DNA from: a virus
Strand: one strand, 5' to 3'
Virus record (IMG/VR): IMGVR_UViG_3300036820_000002
Location: 66,269-130,268 of that record
Length of the DNA: 64,000 nt
Shown here: piece by piece, positions 27,901-38,256 of the stretch
How the letters are laid out: the number at the start of each line of letters is the position of its first letter
Numbering within the stretch: position 1 is the stretch's first letter
Made by a program: the position numbers and the translations under genes
The notes under the pieces: generated by a model
What the model saw: only the letters and a program-made list of their open reading frames with translations
Databases searched by the model: none
Told to the model about the DNA's origin: nothing

Positions 27901-28128
27901 ATGAACGACGCCACCGACGTCATCCTAGAGCAGGCTAGTTACCGCAACGCGGTGAACAACAGCCGCGACGGTGCTGTTACCGAGATACCCGCATGGGTGG
28001 TGATGGTCCCCGGCAGTTTTTCCGGCATTGTCTATGACCCGTCGGTGCTGCTGGACAAGCTGAGTACCCCCGGCGCCACGGCCACGCGGGTCAGGCGCTA
28101 CCGGCCCGTTAACCGGAAGACGATATGA
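27901..28128 (+). CDS. hypothetical protein
   Basis: ATGA overlaps with neighbours. Confidence 0.5.
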   Translation: MNDATDVILEQASYRNAVNNSRDGAVTEIPAWVVMVPGSFSGIVYDPSVLLDKLSTPGATATRVRRYRPVNRKTI

Positions 28129-28373
28129 CGTATGTCAAGATCGGTGATCATAAGTGCACCGACGAAACTGTTAGCCGTGCACTAGATCATCACCAGGACA
28201 CGCGGCTTATACGCGGCTGGGTATGCATCGACGGCGTGCGGATTATCACGCTGGCCGGCGGCGAGGTGCTGCGCTTGCACACCTTGCGCGACGCCGCGTT
28301 GCTTGTTCACGGACTTGGCAGCGCGGACCATGCAATCAGGTCTGGTAAGGCGAATATCACGTCGGGAAAGTGA
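28125..28373 (+). CDS. hypothetical protein
   Basis: ATGA-coupled ORF. Confidence 0.55.
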   Translation: MTYVKIGDHKCTDETVSRALDHHQDTRLIRGWVCIDGVRIITLAGGEVLRLHTLRDAALLVHGLGSADHAIRSGKANITSGK

Positions 28374-28511
28374 GGAGATCATTGGACCGAGACGGACCGA
28401 CGCCGCTCGCTGAGCTTCTGGAGCTAGCCTGCCCCATGGAACTTCTTGAGGCTGGCGTCATCACGTGCGGCGAATTCGCCGCGATTACCTGCCGTTAAGC
28501 AGGAGGGCAGC

Positions 28512-28737
28512 CTCTGGCATGAGGAGCGGGAAATACCCGCGTGACCGTTCAATCCGGTCACTGTCCGCCCGGCCACGCCAGAACGCGCTTGAATGCGCCG
28601 TAGGCGTGGCCGTACCACCTCTGAACAGAACTGCAAGGCTCACCCGCCCTGTTCGCCGGCAAGCGCGACGCTGTCCGGTTCATACAAGCCCACGAGTGCA
28701 TCGCATTCGGTGCCGCCGACAATCCGCAACGCCAGAG
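28512..28737 (+). ncRNA. candidate multibranch structured RNA
   Basis: closing stem CTCTGGC/GCCAGAG; internal hairpins GCGGG/CCCGC, GTGACC/GGTCAC, CGGCCACGCC/GGCGTGGCCG, GAACAG/CTGTTC. Confidence 0.4.
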
Positions 28738-28795
28738 AGAGCTATTCGGGCGTGTCATATTCCCCTCCGTCACCTGAAAGGACACTGACAGAGAA

Positions 28796-29182
28796 ATGAC
28801 CTACACCTATTCAGAGGCTCGTGCGGCTGCTGAAGCCTACGCATGGGCACGCCACGACGCCGACCAGACGCTTACGTGCGCAAAAAACGGGCTGCGAGGT
28901 GACGGTAGCGGCTATGATTTCAGCCTGGCTTACGCCGACGCCTGGAACGCATGGAATGCAAACACGCGTTCGTCAGTCTCTCCCCCCGGGCGGGCATGGG
29001 AGAACTGGCAGGCATCTCACGGCACGACCATCGACGCTACCCGCATCGTGATAATGAGCGTGGTGCTCACCGTCGCCTCTGGCAAGACCAACGATGAGAT
29101 CGCCGATTCTGTCCGGCGTGAACTTGTCAGCCCGACTACCGGAGTGTTGTGGACGGTCAATGACGTGAGCGTGGTGACATGA
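28796..29182 (+). CDS. hypothetical protein
   Basis: 128-aa ORF coupled to the next gene. Confidence 0.6.
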   Translation: MTYTYSEARAAAEAYAWARHDADQTLTCAKNGLRGDGSGYDFSLAYADAWNAWNANTRSSVSPPGRAWENWQASHGTTIDATRIVIMSVVLTVASGKTNDEIADSVRRELVSPTTGVLWTVNDVSVVT

Positions 29183-29361
29183 CCGCATACGGGTACATCG
29201 CTCTGTACGGTGAACGCCGTACGGAGCTTTACGCGGCTAGCTTGCATGAGGCTAAGCAAAAAGCTCTAGCGCATTTCAAGCCGCCAAAGAGCAAGCGCCA
29301 CCTAGTCAGCGTGCATCTGGCAGAAATTGACGGCGAGACTGTCACGCAAACCACCAATTGA
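29179..29361 (+). CDS. small phage protein
   Basis: YIALY...ELYAASLHEAKQKA..F..K...V.VHLAE pattern. Confidence 0.65.
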   Translation: MTAYGYIALYGERRTELYAASLHEAKQKALAHFKPPKSKRHLVSVHLAEIDGETVTQTTN

Positions 29362-29473
29362 GACATCGTTAACCGCACGGGGGGGCATTGTCCCCCCTTT
29401 GCCATGGGGACACGCGGTGCGTGCCTCCATGGTGAAGAGAAAAGAAGAGATACGGAAGAAAGGACTTACGTCT

Positions 29474-30817
29474 ATGGAGCCCTCACGGATAGTGGCGTCC
29501 GCCATCGATGACATCTCTGACCGCACCTTCAGCTACGGCATGGAGATGATGGCGGAACGCCGGGGGGAATTCCCCGATGACCTGGCTATGAAACTGGCCG
29601 GAATCGCCATGGTGCCCGCTGCCAGGCAGGCATTCGATGACTACCTGTCCGCCTACTGGACCGGCCGCCAGCTCCCCGGGTTCACCGACTACGCCAAGTC
29701 GGAGGTGGTCATCGGTGACGGTCTGCACGCGGCTATCTACTGCGCGGCCCGTGCGGCGATGGGCTATTCCAAACCGTACGTGCTGGGTAAGAGCCTGGCT
29801 GAGAACACCGGCGGCGCTTTCGCGGTCGGCGGGGGCAAGCCGGTGTTCTGGCTCAACTCCCGCAGCCGCGCCGGCGGGCAAGGCTCCCCGGACCAGGGGG
29901 TGAGCCTGAACTACCTCCCCGGCGCCCCCGTGCAGCCGGACCAGATCACTCCCGGTGAGTACAGCACCAACGCTGACGTGCGGTTCGCTGTCCGTGCCGC
30001 ACTCGCCCAGCACGCCATGGTGATCCCCGGCTCGGAGGTCACCGACCTGAATCAGAGTAGCAGCGCTCCCACGTGCTGGGATGTCACGTTCGGTGACCGG
30101 ACGGAGACGTTCGGGCGGGTGCTAGATATGCGCGGTATCGGCACTCCGGTCTTTGACGGGTCCAACGGCAGCACCGTGATCACGTTCGCGGAATTCATGA
30201 CCCGGATGGCGGGGACCTTCCCGCTGCGCGGCCTACAGCGGGTCGCGGTCATCGGCGGGGGAGACAGCGCCAAGTGCGCGGCTGAATCCCTCCTCGGGAT
30301 CGCCCCGGCCACCCACATGTCAGCGACCGCGCTGGACTACGTCGGCAAAGTGGACTGGTACGCCGGCGATGACGTGATCACTACCGGCGGGTGCATGTCC
30401 TGGCGGGACGGCCGTGGCCGCTACATCCGGCTCGGGCAGTACCTGCCGGGCAACGTGTCGCAGCCGTCGCCACGTCTTCAGATGTTCACTCAGCGGGTCA
30501 CCCCGACGCCCCTGGCCGGAGGGACGGTGCTGATCGGCGAACGCAGCTACGACCTTGCTGTGGTGTGCACGGGGTCCGTGCTGCCGCCACTCGGCGGTTA
30601 CGGCACGGGCAGCTTCACCCCCTACCGGGTGAACGGGGCGGCCATTGCTCGCAGTCTCAGCGAGTTTGAGGTCTACCGGGCAGGCCCGGCGGCTGCTCTC
30701 GGTTTCAGCAGTGCCGAAATTGATTCCGGTGTGGCCAGCAACCCGGCGAACTCGGTGGCCATCTTCCGGAATGCGCCGCGCACCTACGCGCTGGGTTCGG
30801 TTCTCCCGTCCCTGTAA
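29474..30817 (+). CDS. FAD/NAD(P)-binding oxidoreductase-like protein
   Basis: two Rossmann-like motifs VVIGDGLHAA and VAVIGGGDSA, plus YDLAVVCTG. Confidence 0.6.
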   Translation: MEPSRIVASAIDDISDRTFSYGMEMMAERRGEFPDDLAMKLAGIAMVPAARQAFDDYLSAYWTGRQLPGFTDYAKSEVVIGDGLHAAIYCAARAAMGYSKPYVLGKSLAENTGGAFAVGGGKPVFWLNSRSRAGGQGSPDQGVSLNYLPGAPVQPDQITPGEYSTNADVRFAVRAALAQHAMVIPGSEVTDLNQSSSAPTCWDVTFGDRTETFGRVLDMRGIGTPVFDGSNGSTVITFAEFMTRMAGTFPLRGLQRVAVIGGGDSAKCAAESLLGIAPATHMSATALDYVGKVDWYAGDDVITTGGCMSWRDGRGRYIRLGQYLPGNVSQPSPRLQMFTQRVTPTPLAGGTVLIGERSYDLAVVCTGSVLPPLGGYGTGSFTPYRVNGAAIARSLSEFEVYRAGPAAALGFSSAEIDSGVASNPANSVAIFRNAPRTYALGSVLPSL

Positions 30818-30872
30818 GACCCATCTCTCTACGGGTGCCCAGTCACAGCTCATTCACTGAAAGGAAACCAGC

Positions 30873-31364
30873 ATGGCTATCACCACCGACAACACCACCA
30901 TTAACAGCAGCGACGTGATCGCGCGGATAGAGGAACTGGAAGAGGAAACCGGGATTGAGTATGAGGTCTACCGGACCCGCAACGATGAGGTCATCGCGAG
31001 CTTCGATGTTCTCAATGAGGCAGAGAGTTACATCAGCGAGGAGGATTACAACCCCGACCGCGTCAAGGTCCGCGAGACGGACAAGGGCGATGAGGAGGAC
31101 CGCGACGAACTACGGTCGCTGCGTGATTTCGACTCAGACGGCCGCTCCACGTTCGGCACCTTCACCTGGCAGGACGGCATTACCCTCATCAACGAGAATG
31201 GGATAGGCCAAGAATATGCCAGGGAACGCGCGGAGAGCGAGAACCCGCGCGTTGACTGGGACACGTGGCCGTTTAATCTCATCGACTGGGATTACGCCGC
31301 CACTGAACTAACAGAGGGTAACGACTACGCCGACCTGAGCGGTGTCTCCTACTACTACCTGTAA
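30873..31364 (+). CDS. highly acidic ArdA/Ocr-like antirestriction (DNA-mimic) candidate
   Basis: very Asp/Glu-rich; EYARE..E...WPFNLIDWDYAATEL...Y....G.SYY C-terminus; early-gene position. Confidence 0.55.
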   Translation: MAITTDNTTINSSDVIARIEELEEETGIEYEVYRTRNDEVIASFDVLNEAESYISEEDYNPDRVKVRETDKGDEEDRDELRSLRDFDSDGRSTFGTFTWQDGITLINENGIGQEYARERAESENPRVDWDTWPFNLIDWDYAATELTEGNDYADLSGVSYYYL

Positions 31365-31677
31365 CGGGTCGCCTGGCCGCGCGCACCGTGAGTGACCACG
31401 GTGCGCGCCCCTGGATACCCGCGACGGAAAGGAAAGGAATGAAAGACCCCCGCGCCGTCAACCGTGACGCGCAGCTAGGCCGCGCCGTCATCGACAGCCA
31501 CGGCATGGTCCCCTATATCGAGATCGGCGGCGTACGCATCTACGCCCGCATCGAGAATGGCGATCTGGCTGTCATCATCGAGATGGAGCATGCCGACCGT
31601 GACGCCTTCAGTGGCGCCATCACATTCCGTCACGGATAATTCAGTCAGGCAGAACGGTAACAGAAAGGAAAACGTTA

Positions 31678-31977
31678 ATGATCCCTGAAAGACGGCCGGA
31701 GCTGGGGGCAATCACCCTTGACCGGCTGATACCCGGCTGGTACTGGCAGGTAAATATCGTGACGCTGGAAATGCGTTGCGGTGACCGCTGCATTCTCGGG
31801 CAGCTCTACGGCAGTTTCCTTCGCGGAGCGTACCAGATTCACCTTCGATGGCCACGTGAAAAGGCACTGCTCACCCTCGGGTTCTCACTGCCCTACGACG
31901 TGCCGGACGGCGAGTGGGACCTGCTCCGTGCGGCATGGGTCGCGCTGATCCTCGCAAGGAGGAACGGACATGGCTGA
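31678..31977 (+). CDS. paralog family A (GA.LLD..PGW..LGQLYG) member 1
   Basis: LGAITLDRLIPGW...CILGQLYG..LGF..W. Confidence 0.7.
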   Translation: MIPERRPELGAITLDRLIPGWYWQVNIVTLEMRCGDRCILGQLYGSFLRGAYQIHLRWPREKALLTLGFSLPYDVPDGEWDLLRAAWVALILARRNGHG

Positions 31978-32449
31978 CCCGCGTGATGTCACGCCCGCCG
32001 AACGCGGCGCGGCACTGCTTGATGAGAAGAAGCCAGGATGGGAACAGCTTATCGACCGTGACCGGCTGGACATGTCCTCCACGAACACGGACGTGCTCGG
32101 ACAGCTTTACGGCAGCTACGGTGCTGGTCTTAGCCAGCTAGGCGGATCTTTGGGCGCCTACGGATTCGGCGCTGGTGGCGGTACATACCCGGAACTCACC
32201 AGGGAATGGCGGCAGCTCATCACCGCTCGCCTTGAAGGACGCCCGGACAGTTCCGCCGGGCGGCGTAGTACTCCCAAGCCGCCTAAGCAGCGTCCGCGTG
32301 AGGTCTGCCTTGACGATGACGAGCTAGCCACGGCTGTAGCCAGAGTGTGCAGGATCGGCGCCTCCGAGCCCCTGACAGAGAGCATGCGGCCCATTCTCCT
32401 CGCCGAGATCATCGCCGCCATGAAAGCAGAGAAAGGACAGCGGTCATGA
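31970..32449 (+). CDS. paralog family A member 2
   Basis: RGAALLDEKKPGW...DVLGQLYG..YGF..LTREW. Confidence 0.75.
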   Translation: MADPRDVTPAERGAALLDEKKPGWEQLIDRDRLDMSSTNTDVLGQLYGSYGAGLSQLGGSLGAYGFGAGGGTYPELTREWRQLITARLEGRPDSSAGRRSTPKPPKQRPREVCLDDDELATAVARVCRIGASEPLTESMRPILLAEIIAAMKAEKGQRS

Positions 32450-32952
32450 CCGTGCAGACCGTACTGACATACAAAAGCGCCATCGGCACCGTCACTGATG
32501 AATATCCTGACGGCAAGCCCCCTGGCACCTACCTCGCCATGATCGAGACGGCTATGCGGAGCGTAGGGCTTACCGGCCTGACCATGACGATCGTTCCCGA
32601 AGTGATACCGGAGGCACCCGAACCTGACCCTTACGCCGTTCTTGCGCTGCGGGCGAAGACAGGTGCTGCACTGCTGGACTTGAAGCGGCCCGGCTGGGCT
32701 GATGAGGCAGCCGACCGTAACCTGTCGTCACTGAACATGGCATCAATCTCCAATGACATCCTTGCCCGGGTTTACGGAGATTACTACACCGGCAAAATCG
32801 CGCTCGGGCTGTCCGAGGGGGCCCAGGAGTCCGATGCGGCTGCTTTCGGCTTTTATATCCGTGACGGCAGCGTTCCGGATGTGAATAAGGGCTACCGGCT
32901 GCTCGGCGATGAGTGGCGCATTCAGGTCACCTCCCGGACGGAAGGTAGCTGA
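32446..32952 (+). CDS. paralog family A member 3
   Basis: TGAALLDLKRPGW...DILARVYG..FGF..LGDEW. Confidence 0.7.
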   Translation: MTVQTVLTYKSAIGTVTDEYPDGKPPGTYLAMIETAMRSVGLTGLTMTIVPEVIPEAPEPDPYAVLALRAKTGAALLDLKRPGWADEAADRNLSSLNMASISNDILARVYGDYYTGKIALGLSEGAQESDAAAFGFYIRDGSVPDVNKGYRLLGDEWRIQVTSRTEGS

Positions 32953-33390
32953 CGTGCCGCGCAAGAAGGACCTGACTGCCTCCCTTGATGACGCTACCGG
33001 GGAAGTCACCGAATACCGGCAGCTCTATGAGAACGAGCAGAAGCTGAGACGGTCCGCCGAAAAAAAGCGTGGCGAGATAGAGCGGGAACTGCGCTATACC
33101 CAGCGTCTGCTGCATGCCCAGCGGGACAAGACCCCTGACCGGCTGTCCGGCGCTGACAGCATGCGCGACGGGTCCGCTGTCTGTAACATCCTGGCTGTCC
33201 TGGCATCGATGCCTGCCTACCGCTACGTATTCGGGGCCCTGGCTGACACGCTGGCTGTCCGGGAGGTCGTAGCGGCTACTGCGGAGTTCCCGCAGAGCGT
33301 GCGGGACAGCAACGCGCCCGGCTCAAGGATGAGCAGGCAGGCATTCATCGCGGCTGTCAAGGGCTCCCTTAAGACCCCTGGAAATGAGGA

Positions 33391-33780
33391 GTGATGTACC
33401 TGAGTGAGCGCATAGAACGGGAGAAAATCACTATCCGCTGCGTGAAACTGCCCGATGATCCCGCGTTCCCCAACTCCTACCGAGTCACCGTCCAGCGGGC
33501 CACGGGCGGCACCAAGGTGACCATTCCCCGGTTCGTAATGGGATCGTATAACTTCCGTGAGCCGTTCGTCACTGAAGTCATTAACGTCCTGTATCCCGAT
33601 ATCACCGACGCCGCGAATTATCCTGTCTTCGAGGACTGGGCGCAGAACTACGGCTATGACCCCGATTCTCGCAAGGCTTACCAGATCCATAAAGACCTGC
33701 TGCGCCGTGCCCGGCAGGTGAAGAAATTCCTCGGGACGGCTTATGAGACATGGCTCAATGACACCGACAACGATACATGA
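33391..33780 (+). CDS. phage hypothetical protein
   Basis: FEDWAQNYGYDPDSRKAYQI...KKFLG motif; GAGGAG RBS. Confidence 0.65.
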   Translation: MMYLSERIEREKITIRCVKLPDDPAFPNSYRVTVQRATGGTKVTIPRFVMGSYNFREPFVTEVINVLYPDITDAANYPVFEDWAQNYGYDPDSRKAYQIHKDLLRRARQVKKFLGTAYETWLNDTDNDT

Positions 33781-34002
33781 TGACGAAGCAAAAGGACAAG
33801 ATATGACCATGAGATCACAGATCTACGTCGATAACAGCCTCTCCTATCGGCCTATTGATATTGATACCGTGCTGCTCGTCCGCACGGACACTGATGGCGC
33901 TAACTTCTGGGAGACCTTCGGCGAGATGAATGAGCTGCTAGACGCCATCCGCGCCCACGTGAACACGCCCGGCGTCTCCCGGCTCGAAGTGGTGATGGGA
34001 CC

Positions 34003-34368
34003 ATGACCGCAAGTAACAAGATTCTCGTGGAACAGGGCATGATCGTCGTCAATGACGTGGCCATCCAAGAGGAACGTGACGGGTTCATGGTGCTGGAAGC
34101 TGACATGCACAGCAAGTACGCAGAGGTAGGGGCTATCGGCGGGTGGGACGTTGACGGGACCGGCGTCCCAGCGGTCTTCCTTACCGCCACCGAGCACACC
34201 CTGAAAACAAATACCAGCTCGGACGCCATGACAATGATCACGCTGCCCGCCCGCTGCAAGGGCTGGGAGGTTTTTGCCCAGACGGCACGGTACACGGTGC
34301 GCATCATCGCGTGGCGTGCCGACCCTGACCGCGAACCGGATGTCATCTGGCTGGGTGAGCGGCTGTGA
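34003..34368 (+). CDS. hypothetical protein
   Basis: coupled ORF in a plus-strand operon. Confidence 0.55.
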   Translation: MTASNKILVEQGMIVVNDVAIQEERDGFMVLEADMHSKYAEVGAIGGWDVDGTGVPAVFLTATEHTLKTNTSSDAMTMITLPARCKGWEVFAQTARYTVRIIAWRADPDREPDVIWLGERL

Positions 34369-34979
34369 ACGCCGTGAACGCGCCCGCCCCGCAGATAGGG
34401 GTGCTGAAAGCAAAGCTTCGCTTTCGGGGGCTCGTGAACCTGTTCCGCCCCTACCTGCTCGCTGGCGGCGGACGGCAGGAGCTGCCCCGCGACGTGATGA
34501 GCCGGCGGGCGGTGAGCCGCTGGGTGACTCAGTACCAGCACGATGAGTGGAATGCCTTCATGGCCGCGCACAGCGATGACGGGCAGTGGCCGCCTGGCCC
34601 GGCTGGCATCTGCCTGCCCTGGCTGGTCCACACCGACATCGACAAGTATCACCGCTGCCCCGTGTGCCACACCATGGCGGGGATCAGGGCTCAGATGGAA
34701 GCGACCGGCGGCTACATCAGGAACCGTCACGTCTATACCTGCTCGGAGTTCCACCACGATGACAACGGGGAGATTATCCCCGACTGGTACCCGTGCGGGC
34801 AGCGTTTCTCGCGCCGCTGGTACCTCCCGGGCTACCCCTCCAACGGTGACGGCTTCCGGAACCGGCTGCGGGTGCTGTGGTTCCGCAGGTACCAGCTCAA
34901 TCCGCAGAACAGGCTGTGGTACTGGCACACGCGGGCAAGGATAAGGAAAGCACTCACGCACAGAAAAGAAAGAAAATGA
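34365..34979 (+). CDS. hypothetical Cys/Trp-rich protein
   Basis: GTGA coupling; CPVCH. Confidence 0.55.
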   Translation: MNAVNAPAPQIGVLKAKLRFRGLVNLFRPYLLAGGGRQELPRDVMSRRAVSRWVTQYQHDEWNAFMAAHSDDGQWPPGPAGICLPWLVHTDIDKYHRCPVCHTMAGIRAQMEATGGYIRNRHVYTCSEFHHDDNGEIIPDWYPCGQRFSRRWYLPGYPSNGDGFRNRLRVLWFRRYQLNPQNRLWYWHTRARIRKALTHRKERK

Positions 34980-35590
34980 CACCGGAAATTAACAGGCGGG
35001 CCGCAATGACTGCGCAACTCCACCTTACGCACCGTAAGCAGTACCTGCGCGGTATCGCCCAGGGCGGCGGCGATGAGAAGGCCGGCCGTGACTACCGTCC
35101 GCAGGATTGCGCTACGGGCACTCCTGACGAGCGTCACGCCTTCACCCTGGGCTACTGCGACGGATGGTCGGAGAGTGCGGATAGCAGGACTAGCAACGGA
35201 AGGGACACGTTCGGGATTACCTCTGATGAGGAGATCACCAGCCGTTTCCGTAATGTCTGGGATGAGGATATCAGCGATGACCTGAACGCAGTGCTTACAC
35301 TCAATGAGGCATTCGCCGGGGAATGGAATGAGGCATTCGCCGGGGAATGGCAGGTCGTAATGATCCCCGAAGGCTGGGATATCGCCGCTGACCTGATCGC
35401 GTCCACTACTGACGGCTTCTATGACGGCTATGAGGTCAAGATCAGGGCGCCGCACGCTGACTTCTGGCTATGCGCGGAAATCCAGACCGTCACCGATACC
35501 GATCCCATCCCGCCGGCACACCTGGTCACCATGGCCGTCGATACCGCTAACGACCTGCTGGCCGCCTGGCGCGACCACGGAAACGGATAG
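34976..35590 (+). CDS. hypothetical protein
   Basis: ATGA coupling; contains an exact in-frame 24-bp duplication at 35303-35350. Confidence 0.55.
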   Translation: MTPEINRRAAMTAQLHLTHRKQYLRGIAQGGGDEKAGRDYRPQDCATGTPDERHAFTLGYCDGWSESADSRTSNGRDTFGITSDEEITSRFRNVWDEDISDDLNAVLTLNEAFAGEWNEAFAGEWQVVMIPEGWDIAADLIASTTDGFYDGYEVKIRAPHADFWLCAEIQTVTDTDPIPPAHLVTMAVDTANDLLAAWRDHGNG

Positions 35591-35593
35591 AGA

Positions 35594-36286
35594 ATGAGAA
35601 TCGTCCCGCTAGACCGGAACGGCCACCTGATCTCTGATATCGCCACCGCGACAGTCGGGGTATCGGCCAGTGACCCGCCGTTCGTGATGGGGAATGAGCT
35701 GTACTCCGCTTGCGCGATGTGCGGCGCCTCCCGCTATGAGCTGGAGATCACCGCTGAAGGGGCGCGGATGCCGCAGCCCTGCCCCGTCCCGGACGGCATC
35801 ACCACCTCGGTGACGCTGCAGGTCCCGTCGGGGAAGATCGTCGTGGCTGATGACCTGCGCCGCGTCTACTCCGTCGATAAGAGCGAGATGGCGTCGTATA
35901 ACAGCACGCTCGGGCAGGCTCAGGTCACCGAGGCGATGGCCGCCGCCGGCTGCGCCTACGGGCCGGTGGGCAACACCTGCCCCGGCCTGTACCGCACCGG
36001 GCCGGGCAGCTACGTGATCGCCAACCCCGCTTATGACGAAGAGGGAGAAGGCACCCTCACCCCGCAAGGCTGGGAGTACCTCGGCGGGATCGTCACCGAC
36101 CTGTGGGCCTACTGCATCGCCGACTACGGCGATTTCATCAGCAAGGCGGGTGCTCCCCGTCCGTATGAGCAGGTGGTAGACATCCCCGCCGGCACCTACA
36201 CCGTCCGCCACCATACCGGCGAGAAGGGGTTCAACCGGGATGCTCCCGGTTGTGTTATCTTCGCGCACATCGACAGGAACGGCTAA
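35594..36286 (+). CDS. hypothetical protein
   Basis: 230-aa ORF with high third-position GC; PSGKIVVADDLR, TDLWAY. Confidence 0.65.
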   Translation: MRIVPLDRNGHLISDIATATVGVSASDPPFVMGNELYSACAMCGASRYELEITAEGARMPQPCPVPDGITTSVTLQVPSGKIVVADDLRRVYSVDKSEMASYNSTLGQAQVTEAMAAAGCAYGPVGNTCPGLYRTGPGSYVIANPAYDEEGEGTLTPQGWEYLGGIVTDLWAYCIADYGDFISKAGAPRPYEQVVDIPAGTYTVRHHTGEKGFNRDAPGCVIFAHIDRNG

Positions 36287-36289
36287 GAC

Positions 36290-36670
36290 ATGGCACGTAT
36301 CTACCTCCGCACGACCAACAGCCGGGGCAATGAGGTATCAGCGGCTGAGCCCGGCTTCTGCCATATCGGCGGCTGGAACGCCGGCGTCCGGGTCCGGGTG
36401 GGGCGCCGCGATAACCGCGACACCTTCACGGTGGAGATGACCAGCGGCAGCTACGGCGGCGAAACAGTCACTCTCGGAGTGGTCACGGATACCGGCGACG
36501 GTCCCCGCTGGGAACCCGCCTCCCCCGCCGATGAAGCCGTGCGTCCCCGTGAGCCCGGCAGCATCATCAGGATCGACGGGGAGGACCACAGGACGGCCTG
36601 CGGCCATTCGTTCGTCACCTGCCACGCAAACCGCTGCTTCCGGCAGCATGACGTCCCCGATGAGGACTAG
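36290..36670 (+). CDS. hypothetical protein
   Basis: HIGGWNAGVRV..F.V.MT.GS pattern. Confidence 0.55.
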   Translation: MARIYLRTTNSRGNEVSAAEPGFCHIGGWNAGVRVRVGRRDNRDTFTVEMTSGSYGGETVTLGVVTDTGDGPRWEPASPADEAVRPREPGSIIRIDGEDHRTACGHSFVTCHANRCFRQHDVPDED

Positions 36671-36724
36671 CCAGGAATACCCACGACGTTGTAGAGTGTT
36701 CTGCAATGGAAGAGAAGAGAAAAG

Positions 36725-37126
36725 ATGACCGACCTGATCAGCGGCAGTGCTCTCGCGAGGGAGCTGGGCTGCGCCCGTTCCGCCGTAACCAACTGGGTCA
36801 CCCGCGATATCCTCCCCGACCACCTCAAGCCCGTCAACCGGGTTGACCGCAATAATCCCGCTGTCAGGGGCAGGCCGGTCTGGGACCGGGCACAGCTCCC
36901 CGCCTTCCGCGAGTGGCGCGCGTCCCATGCTCCCCGTTTCTCCCTCCGCAACACCCCCACCCGGAAGTTCTTCCTGGTCACCGTGGATGCCCCGGAGGAA
37001 TTCACCGCCAGGGTCATCCAGGCAGCGCTCATCACCGCGCTGGATGCACCGGATAACTACCCGCTGGATGTCAGCGAGTGGGATGTCATCGTCGAAGACC
37101 TGCACCGGAAAGAAGAGAAGCCATGA
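36725..37126 (+). CDS. HTH DNA-binding protein
   Basis: LARELGCARSAVTNWVTR. Confidence 0.65.
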   Translation: MTDLISGSALARELGCARSAVTNWVTRDILPDHLKPVNRVDRNNPAVRGRPVWDRAQLPAFREWRASHAPRFSLRNTPTRKFFLVTVDAPEEFTARVIQAALITALDAPDNYPLDVSEWDVIVEDLHRKEEKP

Positions 37127-37322
37127 GGATGGCCCTGCTGCTCTGGCGCCTGCGCTCCCGGTATTCCGATGAAGACTGGGCGGATCTCAGCCGTTCCTGT
37201 GAAGCGATGACCTGGGAGGAATACGGAGAGTACGATCCGGACCAGGTCAGGCACTGACCGCTGGCCATGGTGCGCGTCTGACGTCTATCAGAATACAACC
37301 TGAAAGGAGAAGTGATAAAGAC

Positions 37323-37766
37323 ATGACCGTGAAGAAAGGCGACCGGGTCGCCTATACCGTCACCATCCGGGAAGCCCCGCATTTCCTGAATACCATCCGC
37401 GTCACCCGTTACGGCACCGTCACCGCTACCTGGGAGACCGGCCGCGAGCAGGGACCGAAAGTCAGGATCGCGGTGGAGAACTGGCAGGAGGGCTCCAGCA
37501 AGTACGCAGAGCGCTTCTCCAGGGACGTGGCACCTGCCCATGCTGCTTATGACGGAGTGGAGTTCCGGACGTTCAGGGACGCTCAGGTGCGCATCTACGA
37601 CCAGACTCTCGATGACGCCAGCGACATGTACATCATGGAGGTCCTCGGGGTCACTGTCCGGGTGTACCGGCGGGCCGACGGCAGCCTGGTGCTGGGGGCT
37701 GAAACTGACAGCTACCCGCTGGACACCGACATCTGCGGCACGCAGACAACCTACGGAGAGACATGA
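37323..37766 (+). CDS. hypothetical protein
   Basis: 147-aa ORF, purine-rich leader. Confidence 0.55.
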   Translation: MTVKKGDRVAYTVTIREAPHFLNTIRVTRYGTVTATWETGREQGPKVRIAVENWQEGSSKYAERFSRDVAPAHAAYDGVEFRTFRDAQVRIYDQTLDDASDMYIMEVLGVTVRVYRRADGSLVLGAETDSYPLDTDICGTQTTYGET

Positions 37767-38256
37767 GCACCGTCATCAGCATCACGTTCAGTGAGGACGT
37801 GCTCACAGCAGACCAGATGGCCGCCGTCATGCACGCCGCCAGAGCTGCCGGTGCTCTCTGCTCGCAGATACAGAGCAGCATCGCACCCGGCCTCATCTAC
37901 ACCGAAGATCACCAGGAGGAGGAGCCATGATCCCGGTCCCCGGCAGCCACGTCCCCGAGGTCATCTATTTCGATGAATGGCATGTGAGCATCCCGGCCGA
38001 AGTGTGCCGGGCCTGCTCTGACTACAAGGCGGGATACTGGGTGCCCGCTTCTTTCTGCCCCCTCGCGAAAGCCGCGATGGGGCCGTGGCCCCAGGCAACC
38101 TACGGAGAATAGCATGACGTTTGAGATCAGCGAAGAGCAGCAGCAGGACCACCACCACCACCACCACGACAAGCTAAGAGCTATCGACCCGGATCACGAT
38201 CAGATCAGCTGCATGTGCTGCTGCACAGACTGCGGTGAAGGCTGAAAGGAGGAACC

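Noticed and set aside
32342-32354. Possible self-target of the unit at 53507 (AGAGTGTGC+AGGA)
   Set aside because: Only 13 contiguous nt of 18 match, which is plausible by chance; I found no full target by eye and could not run a systematic search.
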